Shown: positions 47,737 through 56,457 of the stretch, piece after piece
How positions within the stretch are numbered: the stretch's first letter is position 1
Layout: each line of letters starts with the position of its first letter
IMG/VR virus record: IMGVR_UViG_3300020576_002081
Span: 20,861 to 84,860 of that record
Source of the DNA: a virus
Lineage: Duplodnaviria; Caudoviricetes
Strand: one strand, 5' to 3'
DNA length: 64,000 bases
The notes under the pieces: generated by a model
What the model was told of the DNA's origin: nothing
The model's input: the letters and a program-made list of their open reading frames with translations, nothing else
The model's database searches: none
Translations under genes and position numbers: made by a program

Positions 47737-48000
47737 TTATTCGCAATCACAAAGTTTACATATTGTTTTTGCATTGTTAAGTATATTTTCAAATTCATCT
47801 GATGTTAAACAATTAATTGCTCCTTCAGATAAATCATATTTTAAAAGTAAATCTATATAATCATTTAAAAGAAGTACATTATCAATTTTAGATTTACAAG
47901 ATGTATCACCATTAGTTAGGTTAATAGATAATGTATAAGCTTGTTCTGCTGAACAACACTTAAGTCTTACTATGATAGATTTTAATTCTACTTGAGTCAT
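47737..48000 (-). CDS. Cys-rich tail hub-like small protein
   Basis: 87 aa with CC and a terminal CKLCDC. Confidence 0.55.
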   Translation of the reverse strand: MTQVELKSIIVRLKCCSAEQAYTLSINLTNGDTSCKSKIDNVLLLNDYIDLLLKYDLSEGAINCLTSDEFENILNNAKTICKLCDCE

Positions 48001-48437
48001 TATGCTTGGTAATCGTTAACTAATATTGCTGATGTTATATAACCATCAATTATACCCACATTAGCACCGCCTAATTCAAAATCATATACAAATTCAATCT
48101 TAACAGCATCACCTGTTTTTAAAGTAATTGGACTTAATATAACATCTTTTAAATTAAAGAAGTACTCACCAGTAGCATTAGCCTCTACTCTTGTTTCATA
48201 TAATGGTAATCTAGTACCTCCTATAATTAGATTAACTTGTACATAACAAGCTTCTAATCCAGACGTTTCAAGCCATTTTATAGCAAAATTACCATCTTCA
48301 ATTTTAAGAGTTTGATTACTTGCTACTGTAAAAAGAGTTGTTGACGATGCACTAGCAAGAGGTGATATTGTACCATAAACACCATAAGTTTTAGCTTTGG
48401 TAGGATTAGGTAAAGAATTTTGTGTATTTAAAGCCAT
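48000..48437 (-). CDS. hypothetical virion protein (jelly-roll-like)
   Basis: 145 aa, beta-rich, I.LKTGD.V motif. Confidence 0.55.
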   Translation of the reverse strand: MALNTQNSLPNPTKAKTYGVYGTISPLASASSTTLFTVASNQTLKIEDGNFAIKWLETSGLEACYVQVNLIIGGTRLPLYETRVEANATGEYFFNLKDVILSPITLKTGDAVKIEFVYDFELGGANVGIIDGYITSAILVNDYQA

Positions 48438-48456
48438 TTTATTTTAATTTTAATTG

Positions 48457-49086
48457 TTAAGGTAATGTAGCTAAATAAGCTTTTAAATCTACTGCAGTTA
48501 TGAACTCATAACCAGTATCACTAGAATTTCTAATAAGTATTGAATATGCACCATTACCAGTTGCAGGTATTCCATTACCATCTATAGTTTCATAACTATA
48601 ACCATCAGCCCCTTTAACACCACCTGGACTTATTAAAGAACCAGGAGTAAATATAGGAGTATTCCCAGTATATAGTAAATCTAAAACTGTTATTGTAGTA
48701 TTAGTATTAAGTATTAATACTTTGTAATAACCAGATCCTTCAATATACAATATTTGGTCTAATCCCATCCAACTAGTAGATACACAATTAATTAAGTATG
48801 TATCGGCCCCTATTGATGATGAACCACTAACTGTTGTATAAGCATTTTTACCTGTTGAACCAGTTGGGCCATCATTACCAGTATCACCTTTATCACCTTT
48901 AGGAATAGTAAAATTTAATGTTGCTGCTGTAGAAGTACCTGAGTTAGTTATCGCAACACTTGAACCTGCAGCACCTGTGGTAACAGTACCCACTGTTATA
49001 GTACCAGCAGGACCTTGTGGACCAGTTGGTCCTTGAGGGCCAGAAGATACTTCTGTTGAATTTATATTATCGTCGCAATTGCACAT
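48457..49086 (-). CDS. Collagen-like tail fibre protein
   Basis: G-X-Y repeats GPQGPTGPQGPAG and KGDKGDTGNDGPTGSTG; LNFTIPKG. Confidence 0.75.
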   Translation of the reverse strand: MCNCDDNINSTEVSSGPQGPTGPQGPAGTITVGTVTTGAAGSSVAITNSGTSTAATLNFTIPKGDKGDTGNDGPTGSTGKNAYTTVSGSSSIGADTYLINCVSTSWMGLDQILYIEGSGYYKVLILNTNTTITVLDLLYTGNTPIFTPGSLISPGGVKGADGYSYETIDGNGIPATGNGAYSILIRNSSDTGYEFITAVDLKAYLATLP

Positions 49087-49116
49087 GTTTATATATTAAT
49101 ATACGTTATTTTTTGA

Positions 49117-49701
49117 TTAGTTGCAAGTTTTACAGTCAGAATTTCTACAAATTTTTTGTAAAACAGTCTTAATTTTATTAAATTTGGTTGTATCAAAGCA
49201 TCCAGCAGCGTTTTTTAATGATTGTAGTAATGCTTTAGCTCTAGTATAAGTTTCTAACCTATCATTATTAGCTTCATTGCACATACATTCATCTAACTCT
49301 ATTAGGTTTAATAATTTAGATACGCAACATTCTGTATTACAATAGAAATAATATGATACATTTCCACTATATTCATCATCTTGATCGTCTACTAAATCAT
49401 AAATAAACTCCCAATAACCATCTTCAATAGATGTTCTATTTAAATCTCCTAAATCAATAGTATATTCTAAATCAGTATTTGTAGTTGGATAATCACCAGT
49501 AGCAAATAAATCTATTGTGTAAGTAACTCCGTTAGGGTCTACAACAGATAATACTGCAGATACTATATTAGTAGTATCAATGTTAGGTGTACCATACCCT
49601 CCTGTATTTGTGGTTGCATTATAAACACCTGTTGTTTCACGAAAAGTTAACGTTGAACAATTAGATGCTAAGCATAATTTTATTTTTGGTATTAAAGCCA
49701 T
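49117..49701 (-). CDS. Tail hub/collar-like structural protein
   Basis: 194 aa; ETTG.Y...N.GGYG.PN, DG.W...Y; Cys-rich C-terminus; position. Confidence 0.55.
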   Translation of the reverse strand: MALIPKIKLCLASNCSTLTFRETTGVYNATTNTGGYGTPNIDTTNIVSAVLSVVDPNGVTYTIDLFATGDYPTTNTDLEYTIDLGDLNRTSIEDGYWEFIYDLVDDQDDEYSGNVSYYFYCNTECCVSKLLNLIELDECMCNEANNDRLETYTRAKALLQSLKNAAGCFDTTKFNKIKTVLQKICRNSDCKTCN

Positions 49702-49712
49702 ATTATTAATTT

Positions 49713-49754
49713 AAAAAAGCCCAAACCGTTATAGTTTAATACAACAGCTTGGGC
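49713..49754 (-). terminator. Probable intrinsic terminator
   Basis: Minus strand GCCCAAGCTGTT...AACGGTTTGGGC followed by TTTTT. Confidence 0.65.
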
Positions 49755-49778
49755 CAAACAACAAAGGGGTAAAAAGTA

Positions 49779-51047
49779 TTAAATTGAAATGTTGGCGAAA
49801 GCTCTAGGAGTACTAGCCATCCAAGTGTCTAATATAGCTTTCAGATCTGTACCAGCAAGGGAGAGTCCTGAGTATGCATCACCAGCGTCTAATGCTGGAA
49901 CTGCTATAGTCACAATCTTATTAGATACTGCAACAACACCTGTTGGTCCATTGATAGCATCATTATATTCGATTGTAATCATATCATATTTGTATCTCAC
50001 TTTAGTAGCTGCAGAAGCTGGACTAGTTGTTAATACTGAAGTAAGTATTGCTACAGTAGAACTGATAAAATACTTAATTGTATAATTAACACCGTCAATC
50101 TCAACCTTCTCACCAGCTCTTAATATAGAAGCTACAGTCAAGTCAAAAGTTACTTTATCTTGTCCAGAAGTACCTGTCGCAACAGGAGTAATAGCTGCAC
50201 TTAATTGGTAACTAGTAGTTGTTGAATAATCAAGAGCTGGAATTGGCCATAATCTACGATTAACAACACCTTCTTTACTTAAGCATTTATTTTCTAAAGT
50301 GTAAATTTGATTGTATGTTCCAGAACCAGAATCAAAAGCTTGTATTTGAGTACAAGTAGTTGTAGTACCAAAACCAGAAGCATCATTTACGAATACTGAG
50401 AAATATACTTGATTTAATGTATAAGTTACACTTAAGTATTGCTCAATTTCTTTAGCGGTAATTTCAACACCGTAATTAGTAGCTCCAGTTACACCATATA
50501 CGCCAGTACCATCACCTACAACAATTGCAGATATTTCAGTTCTATAAGAACCGTTGTTGATAGAAGCAGCGATTTGTGTAGCAATACTCAATTGAGTAGC
50601 TGAGCTAGATGATGTAAAATTAACGTGTTGAACTTCAGGTCTTTCTGAATACAACTGTTTATCGTTTTTAAAACGAATTACGAATTCATAGTTTGTACTA
50701 TCATTAACTTCAATAGTACCAGTAGCTGTTTTACGGTTATAACCGATAGACCATACTTCAGGAACTGAAGGTGCATATGAAGTACCTTTGTAACTAATTA
50801 CTGAACTACCATCAATTTTAGTTGATTTCTTCAAGTAAAAATTACCATCACTGTTAGTTTTTCCTTCAACAATGAAAATAGAAGGTTGTGTTGATATTGT
50901 ATCTGCTCCAGCAGGATTTAAAGCGGTCCAATCTGAACCATATACTGCTACATCACCAGATGATACTGATGTAATAGCTGCGTTATTTGCTGGGCAAGCA
51001 GTACCATCACTAATAAAAATGTTTTGTACTCTGTTTAAGTTATTCAT
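49779..51047 (-). CDS. Auxiliary capsid / major structural protein
   Basis: 422 aa, Thr/Ser/Ala-rich; highly-expressed-type codon usage; downstream of the MCP and ring genes. Confidence 0.6.
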   Translation of the reverse strand: MNNLNRVQNIFISDGTACPANNAAITSVSSGDVAVYGSDWTALNPAGADTISTQPSIFIVEGKTNSDGNFYLKKSTKIDGSSVISYKGTSYAPSVPEVWSIGYNRKTATGTIEVNDSTNYEFVIRFKNDKQLYSERPEVQHVNFTSSSSATQLSIATQIAASINNGSYRTEISAIVVGDGTGVYGVTGATNYGVEITAKEIEQYLSVTYTLNQVYFSVFVNDASGFGTTTTCTQIQAFDSGSGTYNQIYTLENKCLSKEGVVNRRLWPIPALDYSTTTSYQLSAAITPVATGTSGQDKVTFDLTVASILRAGEKVEIDGVNYTIKYFISSTVAILTSVLTTSPASAATKVRYKYDMITIEYNDAINGPTGVVAVSNKIVTIAVPALDAGDAYSGLSLAGTDLKAILDTWMASTPRAFANISI

Positions 51048-51097
51048 TTGTTTTAAAGTTTAAAATTTCTTAATTTATTTATTTATTTATTTAATTA

Positions 51098-51703
51098 TTA
51101 TCCTGCGAATGGAGTTGCTACAACACCGCTTGATTGAGTTACACCTTCTACTGACCAAAGATTAGCTCCTAAGCCTTTAAGTCTAATTACAGACCCTTTT
51201 AAGAATGATGTAGTAGTTGCATTACCAGTAATTTGATAATTGCTAGATCCATTTGGACGCCATACTGCAACAGCATTAGAACTATCTGTATCAACATTCA
51301 ATAAACTACCAATCATTAAATCTGCTGAAGTTGCTCCTGTTATACTATTAGAGTTAGAAGTATTACTTATAGAAGTAATAAATGTGAATTCTAAACCTGC
51401 GGCTGCAGTAGGTAATGTATAAGTTGTTCCAGCTAATCTATCAAAAAGAAAAGTTGTACCACTTTGAGCAGCAGTAATAGTTACTGTAGCTCCACTACCA
51501 CTAACGATAGTTTTCTTTTGACCTGTTATTGTAACACCACTACCACTTGTTTTTTCAGTAATAGAATTTGCTTTAACAACACCAGATGTAGACGAAACCT
51601 CATTTACTTTAGTTATAATCTCATCAATTTTACTTGATAAAATTTTTGTATTAGGTATTTGCGCGCCTAAAAATGATTTAGGACTTGTTTTTGCTATATT
51701 CAT
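51098..51703 (-). CDS. Head fibre / decoration protein
   Basis: T.TAAQSG..F.F......T.TLP.AAAGL.FTF motif typical of capsid decoration proteins. Confidence 0.65.
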   Translation of the reverse strand: MNIAKTSPKSFLGAQIPNTKILSSKIDEIITKVNEVSSTSGVVKANSITEKTSGSGVTITGQKKTIVSGSGATVTITAAQSGTTFLFDRLAGTTYTLPTAAAGLEFTFITSISNTSNSNSITGATSADLMIGSLLNVDTDSSNAVAVWRPNGSSNYQITGNATTTSFLKGSVIRLKGLGANLWSVEGVTQSSGVVATPFAG

Positions 51704-51723
51704 TATTTAATTTTTTAATATTA

Positions 51724-52437
51724 TTATTCTTTTTGATTATCTATCACTTGTGTAAAAGTACCAGTTCTCTTAGCTTCAATATTCTCTAAAGCTATTTTAA
51801 CAGCTTCATCTATAATTTCTTGATGCATATGATCTGCTAAAACAAATGTTTGATTATCTACTAATGATACAGGTGTTGGTTTACTAACATATCTGTATAT
51901 ATATTTTAATAATATACAATCATCACTAGGTATTAATTCAACATTGTTTTGAAACATTAACCTAAGTATCTTTTCATTATCTGGACCTTTAAAAGGATCT
52001 TTTTTAATCCTTTCATATTCCATATGAGTTATTGGTCTAACTTCAACTTCAGAACCTATTAGAATATCACCACCTGGTAAAACTATATTTTCATTACAAG
52101 ATGAACATTCAACATAAGCTTTTTCCCAAACAGTAAACCAATGATCTTCTGCTAATTCAAAGAATACACCTTTAGATGAACTATTATCCGCTAAACCAGC
52201 AGTTTGAGGATTTACTGCAGATGTTTTAAGTATTTCTCTTAAATCTTCAGTTCTTTTTTGTTCTTCCTCAAAAGAGCTACGTTTGATATTATTCTTACCG
52301 TATCTCTGCTTTATAATTCTTTCCTGAGCTTGATTTAATAATAAATCTACTTCTTCAGGTAAATAATTAGGATAATTTAAAGCACCATCTTTATCCATGC
52401 TAAATTTAAAGTTTCTATGTGCTTCAGATATAGTCAT
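51724..52437 (-). CDS. Head-tail ring (adaptor) protein
   Basis: M...E.H..F....DK, E.D..LN.AQ, Y.Y..KP..., H.EI.D.AV..AL. Confidence 0.7.
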   Translation of the reverse strand: MTISEAHRNFKFSMDKDGALNYPNYLPEEVDLLLNQAQERIIKQRYGKNNIKRSSFEEEQKRTEDLREILKTSAVNPQTAGLADNSSSKGVFFELAEDHWFTVWEKAYVECSSCNENIVLPGGDILIGSEVEVRPITHMEYERIKKDPFKGPDNEKILRLMFQNNVELIPSDDCILLKYIYRYVSKPTPVSLVDNQTFVLADHMHQEIIDEAVKIALENIEAKRTGTFTQVIDNQKE

Positions 52438-52442
52438 GTTTA

Positions 52443-53249
52443 TTAAGCTTCTTTTTTAGTTTTTTTAAGTTTAGTTTGTAAAGCTAAGACTGTACTTTGA
52501 TTTTTAATATCATTAATCCATTCTGAAGCTTCATTAATACTATTAGCAATAGTATCATCACCATACTTAATTGAATTACCTTTACGAGTTAATACTTTCT
52601 TTTCAAGTAATTCGTATATGAAAATCTTATTCTTAAGTTCTTTATCAGTAATTATGTCAAAAAACATTTTAGGGTTTTTCTTCATTTCCTGCATTAATTG
52701 AGCTTGACAAACATCAGTACTCATTAAATCAGTACTTGGTTTACCAAAGAGTCTTAAAGTACCTCTAACTTCATCTGGAGTTAAACTTAATATAAGTTTC
52801 ATTCCTTCAAGTTCAAAGTTAATAGCTTTCAATTCTTCTTTAGCTTTAGCTTCTTTATCATCAATATAAAATACAATACCAGGTTTTGTTCTTTCTAATT
52901 CAGAATTAGCTACGTCTGTATGTGCTAAAAGCACTTTATATCTTAATTGACTAATAGGATCGTCTAAAAACAATTGAGTTGTTTTAGTGTTAAAAAGCCT
53001 TATAGCGTGATCTACGTTAAAAACTTCTCCCCACCACTTACTATTTTTAGATAATTCACCAGGTTTTAAATCTAATTTCTTTTCGTAATAGGTTTCTTCT
53101 TCAGGATTCAATCCTGTGTTATAACCTCTTTTACCAATTTGACAACTTAAAGTTGTTGTTGATTTAGGATAAGATACTAAACCAAAATATCCTACTTTAG
53201 GATTTCTCTTAATCTCAATAGATTCGGGTCCTTCAAATTTAAATTCCAT
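52443..53249 (-). CDS. Conserved crAss-like protein downstream of the major capsid gene
   Basis: 268 aa; ..TGL..EEE..YE..L, L.L.DP...L.YK.L; position. Confidence 0.6.
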   Translation of the reverse strand: MEFKFEGPESIEIKRNPKVGYFGLVSYPKSTTTLSCQIGKRGYNTGLNPEEETYYEKKLDLKPGELSKNSKWWGEVFNVDHAIRLFNTKTTQLFLDDPISQLRYKVLLAHTDVANSELERTKPGIVFYIDDKEAKAKEELKAINFELEGMKLILSLTPDEVRGTLRLFGKPSTDLMSTDVCQAQLMQEMKKNPKMFFDIITDKELKNKIFIYELLEKKVLTRKGNSIKYGDDTIANSINEASEWINDIKNQSTVLALQTKLKKTKKEA

Positions 53250-53298
53250 ACTTTTACTTACTTTTGTTTGTTTATTGTTTACCTTTTGTTTTAAAAAT

Positions 53299-53325
53299 AA
53301 AAGGTGTTTAAAGGCACACCTTTTA
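53299..53325 (-). terminator. Probable terminator/stabilising hairpin after the major capsid gene
   Basis: Minus strand AAAAGGTGT-GCCTTTAA-ACACCTTTT followed by a T-rich run. Confidence 0.65.
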
Positions 53326-53340
53326 AAGCCTGTATTTTAA

Positions 53341-54801
53341 TTAGGATATTGATTCTACATCGAGAATTAATTGACCAGCATCAGTTGGATCTTTTAACAT
53401 GATACCACATTCACTAAGTACGTGGAATTCATAACCATCAACTGGACTAGCAGAAGTACCGTTTTTCTTCATTCCAAATGGTGAGCACAATCCTTCAATG
53501 TAAGTTGAAGCCATTTCACGACCATTATGGTATACTTTCATAACATTAGATTCACCATTAGAGTTCATCTTGAAGTTAAGGAAAGTAGCTTTGTAAGATT
53601 CAGCAGGTTTACCTTCTTGTGGATGTAAAGTTCTATTTCTTACAACATCATTATAAAGAGGACATTCTTTTAATGTAATTCTATCACCATTCAAACCTAC
53701 ATAAGTCTTAAATTGACCACCGAGAGCAAGTTCTTGACCTGAACCAGTAATAAATTTAGTATCGATTAAGTTGAAGTTAGAAGCAGAACGTTTCATTGCT
53801 TGATCGAACAAGTTCATGAATTGTCTACCGCAAAGAGCTACATATTCACGTGGACCATCTTCAGTACCGTTATATGATAAATCATCCATGAAATCACGAA
53901 TAACTTTCTCAGTTAAAGTAGTGTATTTACGTTTATTAGCAGGAGCAATTTGTTCTTCCAAACCAGCACCAGAATAAATTGGATTACCAGAAACACCTTT
54001 CATTGATGTAGTACCGTTTTTACTAACGTTACCTTTACCATAAATGTAAGCAATTTCCATTTCATCCATCCATTGTGCCCAGAATTCCCACTCAGCGTAT
54101 TTAACCCAAGTATAAGAAATTTCTTTACCTTCAGGATTCATCAATCCAATTTTCAATACTTTAGCTTGAGCAGCACCAGATACAGAATACATTTTTCTAA
54201 ATGTAGTCATGTAATTCTCCATCATAAACGGTGTTGCATAAGTAGTATCTCCAGAAGTACGAGAATGATCGTGTTCAACAATGTTGTAATCTTTTGATAA
54301 TTCTTTACCAACAGCTAACAAAGATTGAGGTACATATAATGTAGGATCTTTAGTAACTAATTGTAAAGTGTATACATAATCAACTCCATCAGTATATGGT
54401 TCATCCATTACACGTAAAGCATATTGGGTATCATCTGGTACGATAACATCACCGATAGAGAACCATTTTTCAGGTAAACCTACACGGAAAGTTGTTTGAG
54501 CAATACCAGGTGTTGAACCACCATCGTTATAAGTTGATTGAGCTACTGAAATAGGCACAGCTTTTTTGCTATCACCCATCAAAGGCCAACGGTAGACAAT
54601 ATTATCTAATCCTTTGGTTCTACCAGTACCGCCTGTTAAAAATGAAAGAGCGTTTTTATAACCATTCATTTTGTTATATACACGTACAATCACTTCTGAA
54701 GCCATAGCTGGTTCAGTTAAGAAAAATTGTGATAAGTGAGTTGCCTCAGTAAGGCCTGTGTGCCAGTTACCAGTACTTATCTGTAAATCGTTTAGTTGCA
54801 T
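53341..54801 (-). CDS. Major capsid protein (HK97 fold, crAss-like)
   Basis: 486 aa; Y.W.L.G, N.MTTFRK.Y..SG, G.GL..QI; follows the scaffold and portal genes; strong codon bias. Confidence 0.85.
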   Translation of the reverse strand: MQLNDLQISTGNWHTGLTEATHLSQFFLTEPAMASEVIVRVYNKMNGYKNALSFLTGGTGRTKGLDNIVYRWPLMGDSKKAVPISVAQSTYNDGGSTPGIAQTTFRVGLPEKWFSIGDVIVPDDTQYALRVMDEPYTDGVDYVYTLQLVTKDPTLYVPQSLLAVGKELSKDYNIVEHDHSRTSGDTTYATPFMMENYMTTFRKMYSVSGAAQAKVLKIGLMNPEGKEISYTWVKYAEWEFWAQWMDEMEIAYIYGKGNVSKNGTTSMKGVSGNPIYSGAGLEEQIAPANKRKYTTLTEKVIRDFMDDLSYNGTEDGPREYVALCGRQFMNLFDQAMKRSASNFNLIDTKFITGSGQELALGGQFKTYVGLNGDRITLKECPLYNDVVRNRTLHPQEGKPAESYKATFLNFKMNSNGESNVMKVYHNGREMASTYIEGLCSPFGMKKNGTSASPVDGYEFHVLSECGIMLKDPTDAGQLILDVESIS

Positions 54802-54828
54802 TTTTATTTATATTTAAGTTTATAAGTT

Positions 54829-55962
54829 CTATCTTAATGTTTTGAAGCCAGCAAAAGGATTGTTTTTATCATCATGCTCTTCGGAACTACCTGAAGATAT
54901 TTTCTCCTTAGTAGTTTTGGTATAGTTTTTAAGCACTTTACCAAGCTTATTTGATACTCTACTTTCAACTTGTTTCTCTAAGCTTGAAATATCAAAGTTA
55001 TTCATTGATTGTAAAGCAAAAAGTAATGAAGCTTCTCTATCACTTTCAATAGCTTGTTGATAAGCTGTTTTACCAGTTTTCTTATCTACAGCAGTTAAAT
55101 GATCCCAAAGCTTTTCTTTAAGTTTAGGAGTTAACTTGAAACCTTTAATCTCTTCTTTAGACATTAAATCTTTCTTAAAGTTATCCCAGTATTCTTTTTG
55201 CTCTTGCTTCTTTTGAGCGTCTTTAGCTTTTTGAGATTCAATCAGTTGTTCTTTTTGTTGAGATTCATACTTCTTTAGTTTATTTAAAGCTGAAGCAGCT
55301 CTTTTCTCTAAAGTACCATTCTCTCTCCACTCTTTAACAATGTCTTGTATATCTTCTTCACTTTCACCAGCTAATCTTAATGATTCAGTAACAGCTAATT
55401 CTTGTTTACTTTCGTTATCTACAGAGAAGTTATCCCATGAATGATTACCGTAGTAAACATCTAAAAACTGTTTTGGAGTACCACCACTCTGAATGAATTC
55501 GAGCATTTTTGAATACTCTTCAGGTAAAGCTTCTACCCATTTGTTAATTCTATTTTCAATAGTTTTATTAACTAGTTTTTCTAAACCTTCTTCAGAATCG
55601 TTGAAATCTTCATCAGTATCATCAAAATCAATTACACCTTTATCGTGTAATACTCTAGTGAATTCTTTAAATGGAGAATCTTTCGTATCATCGCTTTCAA
55701 CATCATCAGCATTTTCTTCAGTTTCAGATTCAATTAAATCTTCAACTTCAGTTTTTTGCTTCTTAGCAGTTTTCTCAGCAATCTTAGCTAATTTAGCATC
55801 AGCTTCACGCATTCTTTTATCCTCTTCAGTTTCATCAATGATCTCATCATTATCAGTTTTGATCTCATCATTTTCTACAGGAGGTATAAATTCTCCTTTA
55901 ATTAAGTTAAATCCAGCAAATGGATTAACATCTTCTTGTTTTGTACTTTTACCTTTACTCAT
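54829..55962 (-). CDS. Capsid scaffolding protein
   Basis: 377 aa; very acidic N-terminal half and coiled coil; immediately upstream of the MCP gene. Confidence 0.7.
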   Translation of the reverse strand: MSKGKSTKQEDVNPFAGFNLIKGEFIPPVENDEIKTDNDEIIDETEEDKRMREADAKLAKIAEKTAKKQKTEVEDLIESETEENADDVESDDTKDSPFKEFTRVLHDKGVIDFDDTDEDFNDSEEGLEKLVNKTIENRINKWVEALPEEYSKMLEFIQSGGTPKQFLDVYYGNHSWDNFSVDNESKQELAVTESLRLAGESEEDIQDIVKEWRENGTLEKRAASALNKLKKYESQQKEQLIESQKAKDAQKKQEQKEYWDNFKKDLMSKEEIKGFKLTPKLKEKLWDHLTAVDKKTGKTAYQQAIESDREASLLFALQSMNNFDISSLEKQVESRVSNKLGKVLKNYTKTTKEKISSGSSEEHDDKNNPFAGFKTLR

Positions 55963-55965
55963 GTT

Positions 55966-56008
55966 GTATACTATTTAATATAATGATTATTATTATATAT
56001 GCAAATTT
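55966..56008 (-). promoter_or_regulatory. Candidate phage promoter motif, copy 1
   Basis: Minus strand AATTTGCA-TA-TATAATAATAA-TCA-TTATATT-AAATA-GTATA, near-identical to 63423-63464. Confidence 0.55.
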
Positions 56009-56052
56009 TTTTGCAAAAATGTTTGATAAGCTTATAGCGTTAAGTTAAATGT

Positions 56053-56457
56053 CTATTTTAGATATTTAAGCTTATATATAGTTTGGTAGCATAACATTGT
56101 CAACTCATCAAGTTGGTTTTGAATCCAAGTTTCCTTAAAAAGATTGTATATTTTACCATTATCTAACAAATTAGCTAATTCACTTATTGTTTTAATTGGT
56201 TCAACATTACCATTAGATGAACTAACAGTAATATTAATTAAACCATATTTACCTTGATAAGATTCTATTAAGGAATCTATAGCTCCTAATAAAGAATCAT
56301 AGAACTCATTTAAAGCTTTATGTTCAGCATATGAACCTGCTTGACCAGGATTAGATGGTTTTAAATGTCTAAGGTGTATAGTATCTCTTAAAGAGAATAA
56401 ATTACCAAAGAATTCTTCTGGTCCTAATTTAATTTGTTTATTTATATCTAAAGCCAT
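56053..56457 (-). CDS. Ferritin/Dps-like four-helix protein (DUF5856-like)
   Basis: HL.H......YAEHKAL.EFYD.L....D.LIE..QG.YG, N..DE...L...T.YKL..L. Confidence 0.75.
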   Translation of the reverse strand: MALDINKQIKLGPEEFFGNLFSLRDTIHLRHLKPSNPGQAGSYAEHKALNEFYDSLLGAIDSLIESYQGKYGLINITVSSSNGNVEPIKTISELANLLDNGKIYNLFKETWIQNQLDELTMLCYQTIYKLKYLK